Origin: Kiritimatiellia bacterium
GTDB taxonomy: Bacteria > Verrucomicrobiota > Kiritimatiellia > RFP12 > UBA1067
Reading direction: 5' to 3'
DNA: 64,000 nt
Assembly (NCBI GenBank): GCA_050949565.1
Contig: JBMNFY010000017.1
Span: 1,152,001 to 1,216,000 of the forward strand
The translations under genes were made by a program, and so were the position numbers. Numbering within the stretch: position 1 is the first letter of the stretch; the number at the start of each line of letters is the position of its first letter. The notes beneath the pieces are model-generated. The model did not search any database. It saw only the letters and a list, made by a program, of their open reading frames with translations, and was not told the DNA's origin. Of this stretch, positions 36,572 to 44,616 are shown piece by piece.

Positions 36572-36694
36572 CTAAACCGTGAGAACGAGGATAGTGAGAA
36601 CGGGCAGAAAGACCTCCCTCCACCACCACGCCGCGTTGCAGAGCGGCCAGCCGTACTCGTCGTATCCGGGTTTATTGCGTTTCTTCTCGTTCAT
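36572..36694 (-). CDS. candidate 40-aa small membrane protein (leaderless)
   Basis: MNEKKRNKPGYDEYGWPLCNAAWWWREVFLPVLTILVLTV; TTGACA-18-TAAACT ends 7 nt before ATG. Confidence 0.45.
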   Translation of the reverse strand: MNEKKRNKPGYDEYGWPLCNAAWWWREVFLPVLTILVLTV

Positions 36695-37003
36695 GTACGT
36701 CAGTTTAGAAATTTCGGTCTGGGGTTGTCAAGATTGCCCATAGTGTGCGCGTAAAACCTTGTACCACGCAGCCACTCCGCGCCCGCGACCATTCACAGCA
36801 CCAAAGACTCTTTACCGGGTTGTCTCCCCGCGCGCCCCCATTGCATATTCTGCGCACGCTCGGCACCCATCCTCCCACCCGTTTTTACACTCATCATTGC
36901 GACCACTAAGTGGTCGCAATAAGAGAGATCGACTGGCGACCCACGACCTGCGACAAAACTCCTAAATCCTAAATCCTAAATGTTCACTCCGCGCGCAGCG
37001 CGG

Positions 37004-38074
37004 CTATCTCTGCGCACCGAATTTGACATAGACGGGGCGGTGAAGCGCGAACGGTCCATGGGCGGGGGTGAGCCGTCCCGTGGCTTTGTCGTAAGCGTAG
37101 GACATCAGCTCGTTGGAGTTTTCGTGTCCGAGCAGCACGAACTTCTCGCCCGGCATGAATTCAAAGTCGCGCGGCGATTTGCCGACCAGCTTGGAGATCG
37201 CCAGCAGCGACATCTTGCCGGTGTCGGGATCGATGTCATACGCGGCGATGCTGTCGTGTCCCCGGTTTGAGCCGAAAAGGCGGCGGCCGTCGGATGTGAT
37301 CTTGATGGCTGACGCTTTGCTGTATTCCGTGAAATCATCCGGTAACATGGAAATCGTCTGAACGTGGATGAAGGCCTCGCCAGTGTAGAGAAACGACGAG
37401 ATCGTGTTGTTGAGTTCATTCAGCAGATAGGCGGTTTTGCCGTTCGGATGAAAGATGATGTGGCGCGGTCCGGCGCCGCCAGCCGTGGCAATGGCCAGCG
37501 CCGGTTTTTCTTTGAGCCCCGCCGCGCGACCGGGGAAGTCATACACCTTCACGCGGTCAATGCCGAGGTCGACGATGCAGAGGTGACGGCCATCCGGCGA
37601 GACTTCGGCACAATGGGCATGCGCTTTCTCTTGGCGCTTGGGATCGGGGCCGCTGCCGGTGTGCGTCACGGTGACCGGCGGCGCGTCGGCGATCCGGCCA
37701 TCTTCGGTCAGTTCAAAGACGCCGGAGAGCGCGTTGGTGTACTCGGCGAAAACGAGTGACTTCTCGTCGGGTGCGAGCGCGACGTAGCAGGGCGGGGTCA
37801 CGCCGATCGGCTTGTGATTGAGCGGCAGCAGCGTGTCGCCCTGAATCGCGTAAGCCGCGACGGCACCGTTGACGTTACGCGCACCGAACTCCGGCAGACC
37901 AAGGCCAGCGTAGAGGCGCGTACGGGCTTTGTTGAGCGAAAGGTAGATCGCATTTTCAATACCCCCGACAAGACCGACAGGCCGGAACGCGCCGGTCTCG
38001 GTGTCGCTTTCAAAAATGTGGATGCCCTCTTTTTTCTCATCCGTGTAACAGCCAACGTAGGTCAATACTTTCAT
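37004..38074 (-). CDS. pgl: 6-phosphogluconolactonase (lactonase family beta-propeller)
   Basis: YVGCYT, RQEKAHAH, GAGPRH..FHP, SNRGHDSIA, PRDF. Confidence 0.88.
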   Translation of the reverse strand: MKVLTYVGCYTDEKKEGIHIFESDTETGAFRPVGLVGGIENAIYLSLNKARTRLYAGLGLPEFGARNVNGAVAAYAIQGDTLLPLNHKPIGVTPPCYVALAPDEKSLVFAEYTNALSGVFELTEDGRIADAPPVTVTHTGSGPDPKRQEKAHAHCAEVSPDGRHLCIVDLGIDRVKVYDFPGRAAGLKEKPALAIATAGGAGPRHIIFHPNGKTAYLLNELNNTISSFLYTGEAFIHVQTISMLPDDFTEYSKASAIKITSDGRRLFGSNRGHDSIAAYDIDPDTGKMSLLAISKLVGKSPRDFEFMPGEKFVLLGHENSNELMSYAYDKATGRLTPAHGPFALHRPVYVKFGAQR

Positions 38075-38141
38075 GCCATCAGTGTGGCACGGATCGGCGC
38101 GGACTGTAAAGGGAGAAGTGAGAAGAGGGAAGGAGAAAGGA

Positions 38142-38247
38142 AATTTAGGAGTTAAAATTTAGGAGTTAGGAGTTGAATGTCAGGATCGGCGGCTTCGATA
38201 TCGACGGCTCTGCCAAAAACTCCTAATTCCTAAATCCTAACTCCTCA
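38142..38247. repeat. inverted heptamer (TTTAGGA/GTTAGGA) arms forming a long hairpin
   Basis: AATTTAGGAGTTAAAATTTAGGAGTTAGGAGTT ... AACTCCTAATTCCTAAATCCTAACTCCT. Confidence 0.8.
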
Positions 38248-38263
38248 CTGCTATCTCCCCGCG

Positions 38264-39391
38264 CTATGCGCGGGACAGATATCGGCGCTGGACGCGGTTA
38301 CCGAATGAGCAGATGATTTCGTAGGGATGGGTGTTTTTGAGCGCGGCCCAATCCTCGACCGTCAGCGCGTGAATGCCCGTGCCGCCCAAGCAGACGACCT
38401 CATCACCCACCTGCGCCTCTGGCACGCTCTCCAGCGATACGGTCGTGTAGTCCATCGAGAGCCGTCCGATCACCGGACAGGGCACGCCATGGATCAGCAG
38501 GTAGCCCCGGTTGGAGAGTGCCAGCGGCAGGCCGTCCGCATACCCGGCCGAAACGGTGCCGACACACGTTGCATGGTGTAGGCGGTAGGTGTGGCCGTAA
38601 CCGATGCCGGTGCCAGCGGGCAGAGTGCGGATCGCGGTCAGGCGGGTTTTCAGTGTGAGCACCGGCGACACATGTAGCGTCCGGCGTCCGGCAGTATCGA
38701 AAGAACCGTGCAGGTTAATGCCAGTGCGCACTTGATTGAACGGGGCGCGACAGGCACGTGGGAAATTGTTGATCGCGTCGCTGTTGGCAATGTGCCGTTT
38801 CGCAAAGTGAATGCCGCGCGCGGCAGCCTGCTCCACGATCGCGCAGAAGGTATCCATCTGGTTGTCGGTCAATTCTGATCCGGTCTGGTACGCGTAGGGA
38901 AAGTGCGAGAAGATCCCCTCCAGCCGCAGCCCGGGCAGAGCGGCGGCCTGCTCGATCACCGGCAACGCCTCTTGCGCAAGAATCCCGAGGCGACCCATGC
39001 CGGTATCGAGTTTGACGTGCGCGGTGGCAGTGGTGCCGTGACGCACCGCCGCCGCGCTGATGCGCGCAGCAGTCACGCTGTCAGTAATGGGCAGTGTCAC
39101 GCCGGCCTCAACCATCGGCTCAATCTCGTCCGGCAAAATACTGCTGAGTATCTGCACCGGTTTGCCAAGCGGCAGAAGTTGCAAGGCTTCGTGCGGCTCG
39201 GCCACGCCGAAGCTGGTCGCGCCAGCTTGCGCAAGAGCCTCAGCAATGGGCAACACCCCCAACCCATAGGCGTTGGCCTTGAGCACAGCTAACACCACAC
39301 ACGGCGCGACCGCCTCGCTGATTTTGCGGTAGTTGTCTACAAGCGTATCAAGATCAATCTCAAGCCATACCCTGCGCGGAATATCATTCAT
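38264..39391 (-). CDS. alr: alanine racemase
   Basis: AVLKANAYG, HVKLDTGMGRLG, GYADG, GRLSMD. Confidence 0.95.
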   Translation of the reverse strand: MNDIPRRVWLEIDLDTLVDNYRKISEAVAPCVVLAVLKANAYGLGVLPIAEALAQAGATSFGVAEPHEALQLLPLGKPVQILSSILPDEIEPMVEAGVTLPITDSVTAARISAAAVRHGTTATAHVKLDTGMGRLGILAQEALPVIEQAAALPGLRLEGIFSHFPYAYQTGSELTDNQMDTFCAIVEQAAARGIHFAKRHIANSDAINNFPRACRAPFNQVRTGINLHGSFDTAGRRTLHVSPVLTLKTRLTAIRTLPAGTGIGYGHTYRLHHATCVGTVSAGYADGLPLALSNRGYLLIHGVPCPVIGRLSMDYTTVSLESVPEAQVGDEVVCLGGTGIHALTVEDWAALKNTHPYEIICSFGNRVQRRYLSRA

Positions 39392-39417
39392 GCATCTCGT
39401 CCCGGTTGCGTGTTTTT

Positions 39418-40803
39418 TCAGGTCTCAAGTTGAAATGAGGGGTTCGCGGAGGTGACTAGACGGGTTGCCTCGTCGTTGCCGTCAAAGCGTCCCTTGCGGC
39501 TATTCCACGACAGACGGCCGGGCACGCGTTGCGCGATACAGCCCGTCAGCACCGTCTCCATCAACGGGCGTACATGCGAAGCGTCGTCAGGTGTCAGCGT
39601 GCCGGCACGCAACGCATCGAGAAAGCGGACGTGCGTATCCGCACTGTCCGACGGCAGCGGTGTTTGTTCGCACGCCGGATGTTTCCCGGCGTCCACCAGC
39701 CGCTTCTCGCCAGCCAGGGCCATGCGTTGCCGTCCGCCAGTTTCGTCAGCCATCAGCCACACCCCGGCTTCGCCCACCAGCAGGCAGCCACTGCTTGGGG
39801 AATTCCCGAGCGAGCGCACCACCGTCGGCAAACGGGCCGCCGCCGGTCGGCGACCGCCATCATGCCAAGTGAGTGTGACCGGCGGCCGACGGCGAGCAGG
39901 TGCGCGGAAGAACGCCTCAACGCGGCTGGCGCGCGGGTACATCTCGGATGTCGCCCCATCAACCTCCTCTGCGGTCACTGTACGGGGGGCGCCCAAGTCC
40001 AGCGCGCGGAAGGGCAGGCTCAGAAGTTGGCAGCCGACATCACCCAAAGCGCCTCCGCCGAAGTCATACCAGCCGCGCCAGTTGTAACGGTGGTAGACGC
40101 GCTGTTTGAAGGGACGGGGCGGTGCGCCACACAACCACAATTCCCAGTCCAGTTCGGGCGGCACTGGGTCGCTGCCCTCCGGCCGATTACCGCCCTGCGG
40201 CCACACTGGCCGCGCAGTCCAAGCGTGCACCTCGGTGACCGCGCCGATGATGCCGCCGCGCAACAGCGTAACCGCACGACGGAACTCTGGATGTGTTGCG
40301 GGTTCGTCGCCCATCCAGAGCGCCACGTCGTACTGGCGCGCCTTGCGCTCAAGTACAGCGGCTTCGGCGAGCGTGTGCGTCAACGGCGGTTCGATAAACA
40401 CATGGCACCCCCGCTCCATCGCCCAAGCTGCCTGTGTGGCGTGGCCGTGATTCGGCGTGGCGATCAGCACCGCATCAAGTTCGCGCTCGGCTTCGAAAAG
40501 CACACGGAAATCTTTGTAAAGCCTCATGCCCGGCTGCGTATCAGCGAGTGTGTCGCGCGCCGCGAGCAACGCGCGTTCGTCTACGTCGCACAGCGCCACC
40601 AGCCGGTCGCCTGCGGCACTGACCGCGCGCCAGCACGCCTCGCCACGTCCTGCCACACCGAGCACTGCGACATTCAACCGACTGCTGCCAACACGCCGCC
40701 GACGCGCCGCACTGACGCGTCCTACGGGCGTACGGCAGCCGCCAGCCAGAACGCTGCCCGCAAGGATCGTTTTGAGAAAGTGTCTGCGTGTCGTCGTGTT
40801 CAT
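39418..40803 (-). CDS. Gfo/Idh/MocA oxidoreductase-like protein, Tat signal, degenerate motifs
   Basis: TRRHFLK; IATPNHGH, IEPPL (EKP variant), NWRGWYDFGGGALGD. Confidence 0.8.
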   Translation of the reverse strand: MNTTTRRHFLKTILAGSVLAGGCRTPVGRVSAARRRRVGSSRLNVAVLGVAGRGEACWRAVSAAGDRLVALCDVDERALLAARDTLADTQPGMRLYKDFRVLFEAERELDAVLIATPNHGHATQAAWAMERGCHVFIEPPLTHTLAEAAVLERKARQYDVALWMGDEPATHPEFRRAVTLLRGGIIGAVTEVHAWTARPVWPQGGNRPEGSDPVPPELDWELWLCGAPPRPFKQRVYHRYNWRGWYDFGGGALGDVGCQLLSLPFRALDLGAPRTVTAEEVDGATSEMYPRASRVEAFFRAPARRRPPVTLTWHDGGRRPAAARLPTVVRSLGNSPSSGCLLVGEAGVWLMADETGGRQRMALAGEKRLVDAGKHPACEQTPLPSDSADTHVRFLDALRAGTLTPDDASHVRPLMETVLTGCIAQRVPGRLSWNSRKGRFDGNDEATRLVTSANPSFQLET

Positions 40804-40826
40804 GTGTCCTCCTCGCGCCGTGCGCG

Positions 40827-42206
40827 TCACTCGGTATCTGCCAATTCGCGCCGCCGCAACACCGCGCAACTCGCCGCTGCCAGCAGCAACGGGAAGAGCA
40901 AGGCGTTCCAGCCCAGCGACGTGCGCAACATGTCGGTGTCTATTCGTTCGCCATTCGTCAAGGCCGCCAGCGGCTTGGCCTGCAGAGCGCGGCGCGTGGC
41001 ACTGTGCACCACGCGCGACACCAACACACCGGCGCGATTGCGCCACTTCTGGGCATCCTCTTCCGAAACCACCTGCACCACAGAGTTACCCACCATCGTA
41101 AGCACCAGCAGCATGGTCGCCACAAAAGCGGCCACCGGCAATGAAAAACAGACACTCAGCGCCAAGCCGAAGGCTGCCAGCAGTGCCAGCACGCTCCAGT
41201 GCACCGCCGCCGCGCGCAGCATGTTCATCCAAAAACTGCCGCCCGGCGTCAACAGCGCCACGTCCTTGCGGAAGCGCAATAGGAGCCCCGCTGCGCGCTT
41301 CGGGTCGCTGGTGTGCATGAAACTCAGCTCGAATGCGCGCACGCCTTCTGTCGGAATCTGACCGAAGGCACGCGCGTCCACAACGAACTCGATCTCCTTC
41401 AGCGTGAAATCGTCCAGCGGCACTTCGACGGCCCGCCCCGTCTCGACACAGCTCAATCGGCAGATGCCGCTCACCTGTGTCCGCGTGTTGTACTCCGTCT
41501 CAAAGCGCATACGCGCGGCAATCACCTCGCCGATATGTAGCGGCCGACGCAACTGGAAACGCCACGCCTGTCGGCCTCCCGGCGGGATCTCGCTGTATTT
41601 CTCGTGCGCCTTCTGCTCCAGCACGCGCAGAATGGTGCGCTCACTGTAACCGCTCGGCAACTGGTCACGCGCCTGTAAATCGGCAAAAATTTCACGCGCC
41701 TCTTCACGCGGAGTCGGCAGCAACGGACGTGCCACATGACGGCTGACCGGCCGTTCAATCACTTCCCATCCGTCGCGGCACATGCGCCAATGCACCTGCG
41801 CGTAGACGCCCGCATAGACAACCAACAAGGCCACCGCATTCATCACCAGCAGCGCCAGCCACTTGCCGACCCAGAACTCTACCGCGCGCACCGGCTTCAC
41901 GGCCGAAAGCTGTATGCGGGCGCTATCGATCTCCGCCGCAAAAAGAGCACAGGCTGCCCAGAGCGTCGCCAGGCAGAGAATGCCGAAGGCGAAACTCAGC
42001 GTGTAGGTGAGCAGGATATGCAACTCCCCTTCGGGCGTGCCATCGCCCTTCACAACGCCGGGCAACACCAGCACGCAGGCCGCCAACAACACAAGCAGCG
42101 CCGCGACCGTCCGCGTCCGTAGCGCGGCCCGCACAGCGAGAACCGTCACGCCGCCGATGCGCCGCGCGCTCGCTGCGAAAAACCGATGGAGTAACTTTGA
42201 AGGCAT
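40827..42206 (-). CDS. ABC transporter permease-like membrane protein
   Basis: EIDS......VKPVR..EFWVGKWL motif; in operon with ABC ATPase. Confidence 0.7.
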   Translation of the reverse strand: MPSKLLHRFFAASARRIGGVTVLAVRAALRTRTVAALLVLLAACVLVLPGVVKGDGTPEGELHILLTYTLSFAFGILCLATLWAACALFAAEIDSARIQLSAVKPVRAVEFWVGKWLALLVMNAVALLVVYAGVYAQVHWRMCRDGWEVIERPVSRHVARPLLPTPREEAREIFADLQARDQLPSGYSERTILRVLEQKAHEKYSEIPPGGRQAWRFQLRRPLHIGEVIAARMRFETEYNTRTQVSGICRLSCVETGRAVEVPLDDFTLKEIEFVVDARAFGQIPTEGVRAFELSFMHTSDPKRAAGLLLRFRKDVALLTPGGSFWMNMLRAAAVHWSVLALLAAFGLALSVCFSLPVAAFVATMLLVLTMVGNSVVQVVSEEDAQKWRNRAGVLVSRVVHSATRRALQAKPLAALTNGERIDTDMLRTSLGWNALLFPLLLAAASCAVLRRRELADTE

Positions 42207-42298
42207 AAACAAGGAGTATTCTACTTCAGAGTTCAGAGTTCGACGTTCAGCGTTCAGCGTTAAAAAACGTTCAACGCTCAACGTTCAACTTTTAACGC

Positions 42299-43252
42299 TC
42301 AAGTCACAGGCAAAGAGTTGGAAGTTGGAGTTGGATCTGTTTCGGGAGCGGAGAGGGTTGCGCCGAGGAAGGGGGCCATGGCGAACGTGCGCTGCTGTCC
42401 GTCTCGTGCCACCACTTGCAGGAAGTAGCGCTCAAGGCTCATCGCCGGGTACTCTTGTCGCACGCGCCGTCCCGTGCGCGCCTCCAGCTCGGCGCGTACC
42501 GCTGCGGCGTCGGGCTCGTCCAAGCCCTCCACCTCAAAGCGCACGGCGTCCGGCTGGCGCAACAGATCGGCGATCTTGCCCTCGGCGCACAACACACCGC
42601 GATCGAGGATCGCTACACGGTCGCACACGTCTTCGACATCCGCCAGCAGGTGGGAAGTCATGAGCACCGTCACGCCGCCTTTGGCCAGCGCGCAAACGAG
42701 GTCCTTCACCTCGCGGCTGCCGATCGGATCAAGTCCGGAAGTCGGCTCGTCGAGGATCAACAACCTAGGCGCGTTGACCAGCGCCTGGGCCAACCCCACG
42801 CGACGCGCCATGCCCTTTGAAAAGCCGCCCACCGCACGGTCGGCGGCATGTTCGAGATCAACCATAGCCAGCAGCTCGCGTGTGCGTTGCACTGCCTGTG
42901 CGCGCGATAGACCGAAGAGACTGGCGTAGTACATCAGCGTCTCGCGCGGCGTCAGAAAGGTGTGCAGGTGCGAGACCTCAGGCAGATAGCCGATACACGC
43001 CTTGGCATGCGTGTCGTCAGGCGCGGAGCCCAACACGCGGATCGTGCCGGCCGTGGGGCGCAACAGGCCGAGTAGCATTTTGATCGTGGTGCTTTTACCG
43101 GAGCCGTTCGGTCCCAGCAAGCCAAAGACTTCACCGTCGTTGATCGTGAGATCCAGCCCTTTGACCGCCTCCACGGTGGGGCGTCGCCAGAAGTCGCGGA
43201 ACACCTTGCGCAGTCCGCGCGTCTCAATCACTGGTGATTTGCTAGCAGGCAT
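42299..43252 (-). CDS. ABC transporter ATP-binding protein
   Basis: GPNGSGKST, FSKGM, LILDEPTSGLDP, SH. Confidence 0.95.
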   Translation of the reverse strand: MPASKSPVIETRGLRKVFRDFWRRPTVEAVKGLDLTINDGEVFGLLGPNGSGKSTTIKMLLGLLRPTAGTIRVLGSAPDDTHAKACIGYLPEVSHLHTFLTPRETLMYYASLFGLSRAQAVQRTRELLAMVDLEHAADRAVGGFSKGMARRVGLAQALVNAPRLLILDEPTSGLDPIGSREVKDLVCALAKGGVTVLMTSHLLADVEDVCDRVAILDRGVLCAEGKIADLLRQPDAVRFEVEGLDEPDAAAVRAELEARTGRRVRQEYPAMSLERYFLQVVARDGQQRTFAMAPFLGATLSAPETDPTPTSNSLPVT

Positions 43253-43282
43253 CTCTCAATTCCTCCCGTGCGCCGTTGCGCG

Positions 43283-44365
43283 TCATCCCAAATCCCGTTC
43301 ACGGAACGCCAGACAGCCAGCGCCCAGAAAGAGCACGCAGCAAGTCAGCGCATAGAGCGCGGCCGCGCCGACATAGCGCCAAGCAATACGTCCGCCACGC
43401 GCGACTGCGTCGCACAACCAGAAATTCTGCAGGTCCGGCAGCAGACCAGCTACCAGACCGCGTACCGACCAGAACGGCGCACCGATCAGCAACGAGTCGC
43501 CGGCCAGACCCAGCAGCAATACGCCAGCGCAGATCGCGAGGGTCGGGCCGGTCGGCAGGCGCGTGGCCAGCGCGGTCGCCAGTGCCGCGAAAATCGCCAA
43601 CGCAAAGAGCACCAGCAACGCAACGGGGATCACGCGCAGATTCAGTTCCGGATGATAGAACACCCAACCCGCCGCATGGGCGTGGCCCGCGCCACTGTCG
43701 AGACAGGCGGCCTCCCCGAGCAACGGGTAGAGTTGACCCAGACGATTGTAGAAACCGGTGGCGAGCACCACCAGCACCTGTGACAGCACCACGCCGACAA
43801 AGGCCGAAACCCCAAACCTCCGCCGCCCGTAGTAGTGGCGCGCCGCTGCCACGAGCAACGCCACAGCCACGCCCGCCACACCCAGCACCAACGTGATCAC
43901 GTCCATCACGTAGCCGGTATACTCAATATGCGAAATGAAGTGCGCCGAGCCGCGTTCTGCCAGCAACGTCGCACAGAGCACGCCCAACCAAAACAGCATG
44001 GTCACCGCGAGCACGCCCAACGCCTTCGCCAGCAGAAACGTCACACGCCGCACCGGCTTGCCCAGCGCGGCGGCGGCGGTGCCGCACGTAATCTCTCCGG
44101 ACACCGTGCGGCCAGCCGTGCCGGCGGCGAGCACCAGACCGAACACCAGCATACACGCCAAACCGCTATCGCGCGCGAGCCGTCCGTCTTCGCCGAACCG
44201 GTGAAACTGAAAGACCGGCACCAGCAGCGTCGTCATCACTGCCGAGAGCAGAATCAAAAAAGCGACCGGTTGCTGGATCGCTTCGACCAGCGTAGCCCGT
44301 GCAATGGCCGCTGTCTGTTTCAGTGCGAGGCCTCGCGCCCTACTTTGACCGTCATGGGGAAACAT
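43283..44365 (-). CDS. ABC-2-type transporter permease
   Basis: IARAT..EAIQQP, EI..GTA...L.KPV.R..FLLAK, LPDLQNF. Confidence 0.75.
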   Translation of the reverse strand: MFPHDGQSRARGLALKQTAAIARATLVEAIQQPVAFLILLSAVMTTLLVPVFQFHRFGEDGRLARDSGLACMLVFGLVLAAGTAGRTVSGEITCGTAAAALGKPVRRVTFLLAKALGVLAVTMLFWLGVLCATLLAERGSAHFISHIEYTGYVMDVITLVLGVAGVAVALLVAAARHYYGRRRFGVSAFVGVVLSQVLVVLATGFYNRLGQLYPLLGEAACLDSGAGHAHAAGWVFYHPELNLRVIPVALLVLFALAIFAALATALATRLPTGPTLAICAGVLLLGLAGDSLLIGAPFWSVRGLVAGLLPDLQNFWLCDAVARGGRIAWRYVGAAALYALTCCVLFLGAGCLAFRERDLG

Positions 44366-44478
44366 GTCAGAGAGTGTAGCGAATCGTCTCTTGACCGTCA
44401 AAGATAGTAATGAAACCTGAAAATCAGGATTCTGTTCAAGTCATGCCCACCTGTGATACTCTTTTACTGCTCTCGTGT

Positions 44479-44579
44479 GAGGGTCTTGCAAAACCCCTTG
44501 CCTACAGGTGTGGCACGGGCATCTTGCCCGTGTTTCATGGGCGGGACGCCCATGCCACGAGGGGTTTTGCAAGAGCCTC
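44479..44579. mobile_element. 101-bp MITE-like element with ~19-bp TIRs enclosing a REP doublet
   Basis: GAGGGTCTTGCAAAACCCC...GGGGTTTTGCAAGAGCCTC (1 mismatch); flanked by GTGT direct repeat. Confidence 0.78.
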
Positions 44580-44616
44580 GTGTGTAACAGCAAACCCCAA
44601 CCTTTAATTTTCCGCG

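Noticed and set aside
39529-41361. 610-aa plus-strand ORF
   Set aside because: Antisense to the oxidoreductase and permease genes; composition not protein-like.
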